A stretch of 63,727 nt of DNA, counting the filler, from Rhabdomonas costata (taxonomy: Eukaryota): the NCBI GenBank assembly GCA_019059605.1. It is 31 parts of 31 records of this genome, joined end to end, with 100 filler letters (N's around TTAATTAATTAA, not from the genome) between each part and the next. Parts side by side here need not be neighbours in the genome. Positions count along the whole stretch, not along the records: positions 47,364 to 49,320 come from JAHMHO010006985.1; positions 49,421 to 51,382 come from JAHMHO010006986.1; positions 51,483 to 53,438 come from JAHMHO010006987.1; positions 53,539 to 55,496 come from JAHMHO010006988.1; positions 55,597 to 57,554 come from JAHMHO010006989.1; positions 57,655 to 59,612 come from JAHMHO010006990.1; 25 more parts are not named here. One strand, 5' to 3'. Below, piece after piece: positions 47,364 through 59,405 of the stretch. The translations under genes were made by a program, and so were the position numbers. The notes under the pieces were generated by a model, which was not told the DNA's origin, ran no database searches, and saw only the letters and a list, made by a program, of their open reading frames with translations. Position 1 is the stretch's first letter, and the number at the start of each line of letters is the position of its first letter.

Positions 47364-48026
47364 TGTGGGTGTTAGCTCGTTGAGCTCGCTGAGGCACGAC
47401 CCAGGGAACTTCATCGGCTGAGTGATCCGCATTTGGCTCAGCAGGCGCATGTCACGGACGAGCTGCCTCAGAGGATGGGTCAGAAGCCTCAGCAGGATCA
47501 GGGTGAGGATACACGTTCTGTCCGACAGACGAGAGGGGGAAAGTCAAACGCCAAACTTGTAGCCCTCTCCAGGGGTGTCTTTCAGGAAAAATGGACTGAT
47601 GAGATGATCTGCCGCTGAGTTTACCAGGGAGTTCCGGTTTCTTCGAAATTCGCACAGTACGGACATCAATTGGTGCCTGGCATTTCCGCCGAAAAAACAT
47701 TTCTAAATCCCAGCCAATCACGACCCGAAAGTGGAGATCAAGGGAGGGTTGACTTGGGTTTGTTTTGGGTTTGGGATTCGGGTTGAATTCGAACAGAAAG
47801 CAGGGATCGCAGGTGAATTGCGACGGAACAGGTGCGGCAGTGAACGAGCAGAACAGGCTGGGTTGTACAACTGCTCTACGGGACCATCAGCATTGCAAGT
47901 GATGGCACCATACCCAGCAATGCAGCCAATGATGATCATCATGTTAATCTTGGCCCCCGCGTACACCTTGTCCGTCCAGTACTCCGATGCCGAGGCCACT
48001 ACCAATATCCAGGGTAGGCGCAAGTC
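47364..48026 (-). CDS. Membrane sensor protein (end of Cache-like region, TM helix, HAMP), receptor cyclase/PDE-like; internal exons 48026-47914 and 47517->47364
   Basis: DLRLPWILVVAS..YWTDKV..INMMIIIGCIAG|TCILTLILLRLLTHPLRQLVRDMRLLSQM..SCLSELNEL. HAMP signature PLxxL..M..S..E..EL follows a TM helix split by a GT-AG intron. Confidence 0.8.
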
Positions 48027-48344
48027 CTGAAAACCCATGTACCGACAAAAGAAGGCCAGAGGTACAATTCAAAACACAGATTAAACAACCCTGGTAAGTT
48101 TTCTTATAACCATCGATGGACACAGGTTAACGGGGATCCCCAAATCCCCCCCCCCTCCTCCTCTCCCCTGTGATCGTCCAGTCAGTACTTTTGTTCCACA
48201 CATCAGGCACAGTGATCGTGTCTGATCATCCCTTTGCTGTCCTTTTCGGCGAACCGATACAGTCTTGCTGTTTGCTGTTGGTTTTTCGTTGTCGTTTTGG
48301 GTATCTACATCATCGTCACTTCTTTGCATTTTTTGGGTCCGCAG

Positions 48345-48941
48345 AAGGTTGTGGTGACGGTGGGCAACATCGACATCTTTGATCTTCACTTCCGCGTCCT
48401 CAGGCATGTTGGCACGAAGTTTTTTTTTTGGAGAGCTTTACCTCTGCCTCTTTTTTTTGACAGGATCCGGAAAGGGGTGTGTGTGCGAAACAAAACGTTA
48501 AAGAACGGAAAAAGGTCCATTGCTCAAAATGGATAGTTTTATTATGAAATCGTCTAAACTGCGCTGAAAATCCTTTCTCACTTGCTTCATAAAAAACAGG
48601 CACACCACAAACATGCACTTGGTGCCAATAAGTGGAGGGTCTATCGTGCACCGCCCGCTGGAGGAGCTCGGTCTTGGCCTTTGTTGTGTGCTCCGAGATA
48701 CGACCCGTTGAAGAGAAATCTTACGACTTTGGAAATTTTTGGACTTTATGCTTGCACACAGAGCCCAGCAACGGTTCCCTGACTGCTGTTGTTGTTGTTG
48801 GGGGGGTCACAGGCACCCCGACACGTTCACTGTTGTTGGGGTTGTGGAGAGCGAGCCGCAGTGGCTGGACCAACTGGAGGTGCAGCTCGTGAACCTCAGC
48901 AGTGGAGCCGTGGTGAAGGCCGTTAGCGTGCTGCCCAACAA
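48345..48941 (+). CDS. NOMO: Nodal modulator (NOMO)-like protein, C-terminal region; internal exons 48345-48403 and 48813-48941
   Basis: KVVVTVGNIDIFDLHFRVLR|HPDTFTVVGVVESEPQWLDQLEVQLVNLSSGAVVKAVSV aligns by eye to the recalled NOMO segment VxVGxxDIxxxxxxVFRxxxxFxLSGxVxxxxEYLxxLxVxL. Requires a GC-AG intron. Confidence 0.7.
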
Positions 48942-49753
48942 GTGCGCGGTGAGGGTGGAGGGACACGCAAACATTGCCTTTGCCGGCATAGGACTTCCTC
49001 GCTCGTAGTATTTTTGGTTGTGAATGAGGGTTTACTTGTGTGCACATGTGCTCGCTTCACATGACCGTCATGCCTACCCTTTGTAACGACATACCGCTCG
49101 ACCACTTCTAGTTTTGACCCGATCCAACTTTACTCGACCCCTTCTTGGTAAATTATGCGGTTGAGGTGAGCCGCCGGGTGGTCGATGTCCAAATATCTCT
49201 CCGTGTGGTGGATTAGGGGTGACCACTTCACCCCTTTATTCACGCCTTTAGGTACTTTGAGATCCCCAAGCTGAAGCTCCCCGCGACTTCCATGCCCTTC
49301 CTGGTGCGTGTCTCCCACACNNNNNNNNNNNNNNNNNNNNNNNNNNNNNNNNNNNNNNNNNNNNTTAATTAATTAANNNNNNNNNNNNNNNNNNNNNNNN
49401 NNNNNNNNNNNNNNNNNNNNTGTGTTGGGTGTCGTTTTAGGTCAAATTTGACTCTTTTTAGGGGGTTTCCTAAATTCTTCACGAGCAAGCAAGGGAAGGT
49501 CATGGTGCAAGAAGGAATTTCAGGGGGAGGACTATGCCTTAGGGTCCCAAAAGCGCCCTCGCGCACAGAGAGCCAAAAGGTTCGGAATTATTTGCCATTT
49601 TTTTACTATGGAGAGGATCCTACTAATTATTGTTTGTTTTGTCCTGTAAAAGAGTTCACATCCAAAGCTCACCCAAAGAGGGCGGCCGCCGCACGACTCA
49701 CCTACACCTCACCTGCACCAATACTTCCCCTTTCCGCAAAACAGAGCCACACC

Positions 49754-51159
49754 AGCTTGAGCTGCTCCTGCAGTGAAGCGGTTTCTTCACGCTGGGCGGC
49801 GACCACTGTGTCCATCTCCACCTTCAGCTCCACGATACTCTTCCTTTGGAGGGCAGGTGTGCGAGTGACGAGATCATTCCCCCCGGTGCCTCGTATGTCC
49901 GTATGGTACAATTACAATTGGTGGAGTGCCTGAACAGATTTTGCATCGTGCTGTGCCGTTCCCGTTGCTCGGCCACGCTCATCCCGGTCCGCTCCACGCA
50001 TGGCCGCTTTGGCACCCCGGGACACCCATTCCGACACCCAATAGTGTAGTTCCCGATGTTCAACCGGCCCCCCAACCGTTTCTCGGTCCAGTGCCTTTGA
50101 GAGGAGAAAGAGGGCTTTCCAGACCTGATTCTCCAAAACAACCTGCGGCCCCAGTGCCTAAACCCTCGCGTCAGCTCACCCCCACGCCTGAAGCATACTG
50201 GTCATGGTCCGCGTCCACCGTTCTGGCTCCCAATAAGGCAGAGCTTAAGCAACTGTTGGCCCGATTACAAACAATAGTTGGCTTTGATCATGACATCTAG
50301 CAGCACGTGGGCTTGGTTGGTTTATGCCGATGGTATGTCTTCTCCGCGGATTATTGGGCACACTTGCAGCAGCATTGGACCAGTGGCATGGTGTATATAT
50401 GAGTCGTTGAGTTCTCACCGTCACGCTCCGTGGAGTGTCCGCCACTTGAGACTCTTGAGCTCCGCACTCATACGGGCCATAAGTGAGTATTGACTTTGAC
50501 TGATGGCCACCAAAACAAAACCGTCGTTCCCAACTTGCCCAGTGAACCGCGTGCCGCGGGACACCCAAGAAAGCAGGTGGGCGATTTGGCGTTCTACAGG
50601 TGGAGGAGTGTCCGGACTCTCTTACTGATGACATCGAGGTGCCACAGAAGCGAGTACACCTGCTCAATGGAGTCCTGCTTCCAAGAAGCCAGCCCAACAT
50701 GTGCAAAGAGACCAAACGGATGTATGAGGCCAGATCGAAGAGAAGGTTAGTGATTTGCGGTGCCAACAGTCCGTTGCGTGAGGCGCGTGAGAAACGGGAA
50801 TCGGCGGCGGAGATGACTGTGCGCACTGAGGGATGGCTAATGCCTCGCAGGTCCAGTATGACGTAATTGCCAGATACCAAACTCTGAATGATCGAGTGGC
50901 CCCAGACATCCAGACATCCAGAGATCACGCATGAGCAAATGTACGCCAGGGAAGAGGACAATTTTGTGCGGACCGTCTTGTTTCTTTAGCCTGGGAAAAG
51001 AGGCGAAGTGGGTGGTGGCGCAAAAGTGTGTGTGGGCGCTGAGAGTGTGTGTGCAACGGTGCAGCGAGGGCGGGTCTGAGCATCATACTGAAGCACAGCG
51101 TTGGTTTCCGTGAGCTCAGCGACTTTCTCAGCAAACTCCTGCTGCTGTTGGTGATTAAC
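49754..51159 (-). CDS. Coiled-coil hypothetical protein; exons 51159-~51089, ~50005-49930, 49843-49754
   Basis: VNHQQQQEFAEKVAELTETNAVLQ; VAEQRERHSTMQNLFR|KSIVELKVEMDTVVAAQREETASLQEQLKL|GT. Confidence 0.6.
50600..50866 (+). CDS. Putative exon(s) of an antisense gene inside the coiled-coil gene's intron
   Basis: TTCTACAG acceptor at ~50599, open VEECPDSLTDDIEVPQKRVHLLNGVLLP..MYEARSKR, AAG|GTTAGT donor. An upstream GTGAGT donor lies at ~50483. Confidence 0.4.
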   Translation: MEECPDSLTDDIEVPQKRVHLLNGVLLPRSQPNMCKETKRMYEARSKRRLVICGANSPLREAREKRESAAEMTVRTEGWLMPRRSSMT

Positions 51160-51188
51160 CTGCGGTACAGGACGAGAAAAAAATAGGT

Positions 51189-51226
<38 letters not shown>

Positions 51227-51683
51227 GTAGGAGCAATCAAAATGAGCGTGCAGAAACGGGGGGACGGTGGCAAGGGCCGCACTTTGAAAGAAACTGAAAA
51301 GCAAGCACACAAACAAGCCACTAAGCAAACCAACTGCCCAGAAAACATGCCCCCCTCCCCTTCCTCTCCAGCGCACCATCTCNNNNNNNNNNNNNNNNNN
51401 NNNNNNNNNNNNNNNNNNNNNNNNNNTTAATTAATTAANNNNNNNNNNNNNNNNNNNNNNNNNNNNNNNNNNNNNNNNNNNNCGACCGGCTGGTGACGGT
51501 ATGCGTTGCCGCTCTGCTTTTTGATCAGAAGTTTGGATTGTTAATTGCTTCCTCCGTTCACTCATGTCACTTCGCTGTTTAACATTGGACGTAGTTCTGA
51601 GGATTCTAGTGGATAGCGTGTGCTTCAATTCTTTTTTGGGCTTTTTTTTTTGGCGGCGTAGTCTCGTAATGCTGATGTCTTAG

Positions 51684-52878
51684 GGCGCAGCGTTGGATGA
51701 CGAGGTTGAGGAGCTCGCCGAGGCCTACCGGCTGAGGCTGATGCAGGTGGACGCAAAGTGGCTTGCTGACGTGGCGCATAAGTCCGTCCGGCTGTGCACC
51801 CTTTCCCCGACTGACCTGCGGGGTTCCGACTTTGTCGGGATGAACACGGTCACGAAGCGCTGCGGGAAGTTACGGATGGGCCCCGGGCCGTTGGTGAGTT
51901 GGTTCCGCGAGTTGGTGTGCATTTGCTTTTCTGTTGCCCACAAGACTTGGACAGTCATTGTTTGTATTGTTGCAGTATTTGCCGTCCACTCACGAACTTA
52001 CGATTTCACGAACTCACGTAACTCTAACATACGTAACGAACTAACGTAAATCTATGTCTCCTGGTATTGAGTTGTGGTCCGAAGTTGGAGAAGCGGAAGT
52101 ACGGAAAGAAATGCGAAATTCGCAGATATTACCATTAAAAAGGGTGAATTGCGAAGCATTGAAAATGTTGGTGAAAAAGGGGGCCACTGGGGATGCTCGC
52201 GAAATTTTCAGCACTGCTTCACCGCTGTTTGTTCATGTCTCTCTCTGTCACTCTCACTTACACTCTCTTGTTTTGGTTTTGTGACGGTACCAATTTCATT
52301 TGATTGTGATATGGCCCACCATTCACATCAAAAGTGAGAGATTTAGAATCCAAAGATAAGGGGAAACGTCAATTCAACACAGCGGGAAGGGTAAAAAGGA
52401 GTCATCTCAGTTTGTTTTTCATTTTTTGACCCACCCCCTCCTTTTTTTCTTCGCTATTGAGTCCGAAACGCTCTCCTGTAGTGGACAGTTCTCAGTGAAC
52501 AGCCGAATATCTTCTGCGGTGTGATGTTCTACCGTCATCCCATTGCGCAAAGGTTCCTGAGAGCGTGGACGAGTGCATCTCGACCTGTTGCTCATATCTG
52601 GGCAGTGATTCCCCGCGGAGTGCCCTGAGAGGGGATCCACCTCTCCCTCCTCCGCTTACCTCGGGCGCACGGCACGTCTCCTTTTCCCTGAACACCCCGG
52701 CCAACCTGCCCTCGCAGAACAAAGCTGGGGCTACTCCGGCCGCTGCCGAGTGGGTGCGGAGTGAGGCCTATGAGCCTGTGCTGCTACAAGAGTTCCGAAA
52801 GAGCTTAGCGGTCCGGAAGGAAGTTGCGGAGCGCTTTTCGTGCCCAAGGCCGTGTTTGCCCTCTGCTCCAGAGATGAG
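51684..52878 (+). CDS. Hypothetical protein, internal exons ~51684-51893 and 52553-52878
   Basis: LDDEVEELAEAYRLRLMQVDAKW..GPGPL|VPESVDECISTCCSYLG..LLQEFRKSLAVRKEVAERF, with a GTGAGT donor and phase-0 join. Confidence 0.65.
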
Positions 52879-55619
52879 GTTCGCTCTCCTTCACATGAAT
52901 GGTGTCTGGCGTGCAGTGCCGAATTGACGATGTCTCACTATACCCACACCTGTGGGGAGAACAGTCGGGTCGGAGTGGCGAGTCTCAAAGCAGCAGATTT
53001 CAAATAATCACTACTCTGCAGAAATCGGAGCTGAGGCTTTTCGTTGGTGTTGCCATGACCAGGTTGGTCTGGTTCGCTGTGATTCCGCTTCATTTTTTCT
53101 GGTCGCCGCTTACTGGAAGTGGAAACTGGAGGGCCACTCCAGAAGGATAATAATTCATACTGACCAGGGGTTGCAGTCCATATTACGGTATATTGGGTTA
53201 GTTGGGGTGTTTTTTGTTTCCGATGGTGGGGGGCTGCTTCTTGCACGCAGCTGTTCTTCGGCGCGAAGGGTTCTTAAACGAGTTGAAGTGGATTGCTTTC
53301 CGGGCATGCGTTTTGGTCGGTTGAGGCGCTTTGCACATTAATTGTAGCTTTTGTAGCTTTTTTCACACCTGTACCCTTTGCCAGCTCAGCGGCCCCCTTC
53401 TACCCCGGGGCCCTCTCCTCTTATGAACCCACACCCCCNNNNNNNNNNNNNNNNNNNNNNNNNNNNNNNNNNNNNNNNNNNNTTAATTAATTAANNNNNN
53501 NNNNNNNNNNNNNNNNNNNNNNNNNNNNNNNNNNNNNNGGGGGTGGTGGGCATGCCAAGGCAGTAGGGAAAAACAAAGCTTTTTTGTTTGCTTGTTTATT
53601 CGTGCTAACATGCTTTCATTTTGACAAACCTAGCTTGACTTTTCTTTTCCGCAAAACCTCTTTTGAATTTACAAATTCAAAGAAAAGAAAAGAAAAATCA
53701 AAATCCCAATCCACGTAAACGACAACCGAGCTTCTGGTCGTATGAGTCTTCCCCTTGCTTTTTACAAAGTTGTATTTGAAACCTTCAATTTCCAATTTTT
53801 TCATCTCCTGCGGAACCTTGCGGCTCACCCAAAAGGCAGAAAGGCCGCCCACAGCCCTTCATGACAATATGTGTGTGAGGTTGAGAATAAAATGGAGTCC
53901 CTTAAAATGGCAAAAAAAATATTTCCGCATCCCGGTGATACCAGTCTCACTTACCTTCGGTGTTACATCAGAGACAAAACCCACCGCAATACGACAGGGA
54001 ATTTTTGCATTCGTGCGCGTGGAACAACCCTAGTCCAGGCATCTGAGCTCCAGCTGGGGGAGGCTCCGTAGCCGCGCCGTAGGCACACACAGACACACTG
54101 TAGGCGCACACGGAGACCACCCCCGATGAGCGCCGAACGGATTTGTGCAAATCATTCTCGGGATGACCCACAAAGCTGGGGCTGTGGGGCACATACGCAC
54201 AGACGGAGGCGAGAAAGCCAAGCTCAGTGGTCTATCTTCCCATTGTTGCTATGAAAGATGGCAATGCTCACCGATTTCGCATGGAAAAAAGAGATGAAAA
54301 GACTTAGTAGAGAAGGGCACATCCTATCCTGGTAGGGATTGCCCTATTTCCCACGAACACCCCGTCCCTCTTGAACAACGAACCGTTCGGAAGTCTTTAT
54401 GGCGACCAGGGAGAGGAGCTAACGTCTGCTAACCCCGTAAACCCAGAACTTCAATGCATTGTGTAAGGGACACACAGCCTGCCTATGGATTCCCATTGCG
54501 TAAGACTACATACACTTACTTTATGGTTCCCAAGCAGAAGAGTGGGCGAGAAAAATGCCCCTTAGGTGCAGCCAGCGAACAGTTCTGAGATCCAGCAACC
54601 TAAAAACATTTTGGCGCATCAAACCGGCATTCCAAATAACAGCATATGACCATCGTCTGCAAATACATCGCCTGCATCATTTCGAAACAACACAATTGCG
54701 ACCAAGTGAGTCGTCGTGTCAGGAAAAGAGATGGGGAAGATATGCCTGCCGAAGCTGTCCTGCTGCGGATGCTTTGGTGGCAGCGGCAGCGGCGGGTGTG
54801 GTAGGCTAGTCACGTCCCCGGGCTGTGCCGCTGTCGCGGAGCTTTCACAGAAAGACAGTGGAACCGAAAGCGAGTATGAAAGCAACTCAACACCAGCCGC
54901 CACCATGCAAGCGCGCACGCGTGCGTTCATACCCACCGTTTTTTTGCCATGCCAACAAGAACGGTGGGGATACAGCAGTTTAACAGTGTACGGCGCAACG
55001 TCCTGCGCTTTGGCTTGTCCTTCTCAGCAACAATGCATCCAGAACGGCACCCTCACGACATGACAAGGCGGCATAAAGAAAGAGCCATACCCCACGGAGG
55101 CCCCACCGAGCATTCTCAGGGAGGAAGTAAACGAGGGCAGAGAGGGCCGGGCAGAGGGGGCAGCGGGCGGCTGGGCGCCAGTGAGAGCCACGGCAGGGGC
55201 GCTGCTGCTGCTGCTACTGCTGCTGCTTGAGGTAGCGGTGGCAAGGCGAGAAAGCATGGGTAAGGGGCTGCCCAACCCACTGTTGTTCCCCTGTTAAGAA
55301 TGACGCGGGGTTTGTAAAAAGTGCGAGGAAATGCACCCAAACTTGGCCCTACCGGGCTCGTTGGTGTCCAAATGCTTTGAACCATCATAAGAGTTATGCC
55401 CAAATGGCTCCGTATGAGGCTGAAACTTGGGGGCTATTATATTCGCAAGCAAGGAGCACGTGGTGGATGCGGCAGAAATGCACGGTAACAAACAAANNNN
55501 NNNNNNNNNNNNNNNNNNNNNNNNNNNNNNNNNNNNNNNNTTAATTAATTAANNNNNNNNNNNNNNNNNNNNNNNNNNNNNNNNNNNNNNNNNNNNGTGG
55601 TGTGGTCTCGGATATGCCC

Positions 55620-56075
55620 TCATGCTCACATTCATCGACGACCAGCATCTTGTCTTCTGCATTCTCACGAGCGCAGCGAGTATGTGAGCTAGCGACCCGT
55701 ACAGCGGGGAGCGCAGCGAACCATCACATCTAGGGAGTGAGGGAGCGTAGCGACCTCACGACCAGCAAAGACATCTTGGGGGCCCCATGGCATCGGCGCA
55801 AGGAGATGACATGGGGATAGAAGGCATGCTTAGCGAATAGCATACAAGTAACACGTAGGCATGTCGAGCGCAGCGAGGCATGCCGTAGGAGCCTCAGGTA
55901 TACGTGTCACTCCGCTCTCATGATGGTCCCTTCGTTCCTCTGGGCCCATCATGTTCTCTCCGTCCGGGCGTAGCCACACGAAGAATACACCCTTACCATT
56001 AGACACGAAGCATGCAGTCACGGAGTGGCGCATGCGTAGCAGAGGATGGAGGGACGAAGCGTAGCGGAGTAGTAG
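55620..56075 (+). repeat. Hairpin-array repeat family, copy 2 (GAGCGNAGCGA-capped stems)
   Basis: GTGAGG-gagcgtagcga-CCTCAC (55737-55759) and GCATGTC-gagcgcagcga-GGCATGC (55859-55883), further GAGCGCAGCGA copies at ~55669 and ~55709, and CGACCAGCAAAGAC at ~55759. Confidence 0.7.
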
Positions 56076-56099
56076 AGGATACAAAGCTGGTAGGAATGT

Positions 56100-57554
56100 T
56101 GACACTCAACCCTTAACTCACCCTACGCCTTCACTCACCCTTCGACTCCAACACGTAACCCCTCCACCATCCCTACGTCCTCAGAAATACAGCCCTCAGC
56201 ATCAACACACACAAGCACTCATGAAGCAGTGGTAACAACAACAGCAGCAAGGACAACAGGAGCGTCAGAATTCCACACGTCAAGAAACACAACAGGCATT
56301 AAGGTCGCAGGAACACACACCGTTACACAAGCACTGGTAGAGAGCATGGTTGAAGCAGAAGGCCTGGAGACAGAAACGCTGGAGACAGAAACGCAGGAAG
56401 GCAGAAAGGCATCGGAGTCAACGTACGCATCACCAACACAGGAACCACCACCACAGGAACCATCAACGCAAGCACCACGCATCGTCACACCCTCCAGTTC
56501 AGCATCCACACACACCCTACGACTCAGCTTGCCATCAGCAACACCCACACCCTTACCCTTACCCTGACACTCCACCAACTCCCTCACACCAGCAGCAGGA
56601 ACCCTAACACACAACCCCTCTACAGCAAGAGCATGGTAGAGACAGAGACCGAAGGCGTAGAGACAGAAGGACACACAGAGCCACCAATACCGCTAGAGTC
56701 GGAGACAGGAACACCACCAGGAACCTCACGACCAACAGGAATGCCAACACCCCGCGAAACGCCTCGACCACCACAGCATGACCCACCAACAGCACAGCAC
56801 GACACCAGCACCAACAACGTAACGACTACGACCACACCAACGCCTTGACCACCACCACCAACAACAACAGGAACAACAACACACCCTACGCAAAGCACCA
56901 ACGTGAAACCAACAACAAGCACGAAGCACAGCCACATCCTACGACACAAGCACAGCACAGGCACCTAAGACACAGACTCGGCATGGTTGACGGAACCTGA
57001 GACACACACAGCACCACGAACGCTACGACTACCACACCCTACGCATCGACCAACACACCCTAACCCTACAGCATCAGCACCAACAACACCTACGCTACAG
57101 ACTACGCTACAACCCATACCCATACCCATACCATTACCCTTACCCTAACACTACGCAGAAGAAGAAGAAGAAGAAGAAGAAGAACATACGCGCGAGGAAC
57201 CCATAGCACCACAATGCACACCCACTACAGCAACGACAAGGATAGCCAGACCCAATGCACACACAAGCAAGGCGCTAGAAGATGCCACAAGAGAACCCAC
57301 CTCGCCGACCCACTCGCTACAAACGACACCATCCAACCCTGCATGCAACCCACACTCGAAGCAAACCGAAGGACAAGTACAACACACCATGGGTAAGCCA
57401 AGACTCGACAAAGCACCACCGCAACACAACTCCACCCCTGCACCCTACGCACCCTACGTCACAGCAACACCAGCATCCAACGCATCCAAAGTACACCCAG
57501 CACCACCCATGGACCCACTCAACAACGACACCATCGCAGCACCCACAAACCACC
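56100..57554. repeat. C/A-skewed degenerate repetitive tract (mucin-like Ser/Thr/Pro remnants)
   Basis: Recurrent GCATGGT..GAGACAGA blocks (~56340, 56630, 56980) and TTACCCTTACCCT motifs. All frames are interrupted. Confidence 0.75.
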
Positions 57555-59405
57555 NNNNNNNNNNNNNNNNNNNNNNNNNNNNNNNNNNNNNNNNNNNNTT
57601 AATTAATTAANNNNNNNNNNNNNNNNNNNNNNNNNNNNNNNNNNNNNNNNNNNNCTGACGGAGCCTTGTTAAAAATGAACAATGCCCAAGAGGATTTGCA
57701 CCACTTTTGTCCAGGTGTACACTCACGAACAAGTAGGCACAACGGTCCCGAAGAAGAAAAGCTTGAGGAAGATGCACATTATAATGGCGACATGGGAGTT
57801 TGCCAAGGTCAAGCATCCATTTTTCTTATTAAAAAGTCTGGAGTTGCCGAGGCTCTCTTCGGGAAACGGCCCTTCTTTTTGCTTTCTACGGGTGCGGCAG
57901 TGGGAGGTCATTCTGGGATCCCTTTAATTGGCGGACACACGATGGCGAGGAAGGGCGGTGATCCCGGAGACCGCTCTGCATCACATTGTGGAAATACCGG
58001 TAAAAACCGTAAACCGCCATTGTATTGGGAAGGAGCACAGCCGGGAGAATCCGGGGTTCCCTGGGATTTGGTGCATCGTCTCGTATCACATGTCCGTTCT
58101 AGGAAACTTTCCGGATTTCGCCAGTGGATGTTTCCGACCCTTGCGCAATACAAGTATGGCCACCACTAAAAAGTAGGAAAAGACGACGGCTGGCAAAAGC
58201 GGGGGTCGGGTGGACTGGGAAGGAAGGGGCTCCAACTTATTACGACAACAACCACTGAGAACCCCCTGTCTTTCAACGTTACCGCACTTGCGTGGATGCA
58301 AAAATGCTCTTGGCTAAATTTCTTCTCGCCCATAAAGTCAATTGCTTCACAGTTTCACGCGGGCCTTTTTCATGTGACGGCATGCCCGTCCCGCGCTAAT
58401 CAGGTCAAGGCTTTCCTGACGGCACGTGTGTGTCTGTGTGTGTGCTTTGGTTTTAGCCCATTGAACTTTGTACATGGAACCGTCGCGATCCGCGGGGAAG
58501 GCCATGACGGAACTTGCCACTGAAGATCGAAAAATAAATCGGTTTTATCAATTTAAATTTAGTATTCCTCGGAGGTTGCCTTTAAAACAGCACTTTTCCC
58601 CACCGGCCAGCAGCCACCCGACCAAAAAGCTTTACCTTGGTCCGCCAAAAAGTCTTTTCTACAATTGAGCTTTGGAAAGATGGAAAATGCCTGTAGTATC
58701 CGACAGTGGCGGGATGCAAACAATGTATTACTGCAGTCTGCGCGAACTTTCATTCCCGCCTGACTCGCAGTTACCAGGTGACCACCCGATGGCCTCATTT
58801 GCTGTACCTTGTTTCGTAAACGAAAGCTGTGCCTTTCGTCAAAAACGTTTCGACGGTCCCTCTTTCCGCGCAGGAGCAAAGGAGGACACGGGAGCTATAC
58901 AGACACCGTGGGGCAAGAGCGTGTGAGTGGCAAAGTGGTAGTCCAGAAACTCATCCAAAGGAGGGTCGGGGATGACACTCGATTGACAGTTTACATGTTG
59001 AAACCCATGCAAACTGGACACTTCCCGTTCCCCACCACCAACCACCCCCTCCTGTATACACGCAGACCACGATGTCACGATGTGAAAAACAGATGCGCAC
59101 GGAAATTACAGGGCAGAGGAGCAAAAGCTCATCGCTGCCCCCCGCAAACGCCCACAGCCCGAATGCAAAGCACACACCGACAGCAGACGCACACCCACAA
59201 CTCTTACGCTGCTTCTCTTCTTCGCTGTTCCATTTCTCCAAATTCCCGTTCACACGTGCACTCGCGCTCAGGCAGAGGCTCCCACAGCGTCCACCTGGCA
59301 CCCTCACCATTGAAAACCCTCATAAGGTGTGTGGGGACACTGAGCACGTAAAAAAGGTGCCTCGCATTGCGGGTTGCGTGGACAACCCTCTCCCCAATTA
59401 CTCAC

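Noticed and set aside
56550-57150. TTACCCTTACCCT/CCCTAACCCT motifs as telomeres
   Set aside because: Only two or three degenerate units, internal to a low-complexity tract.
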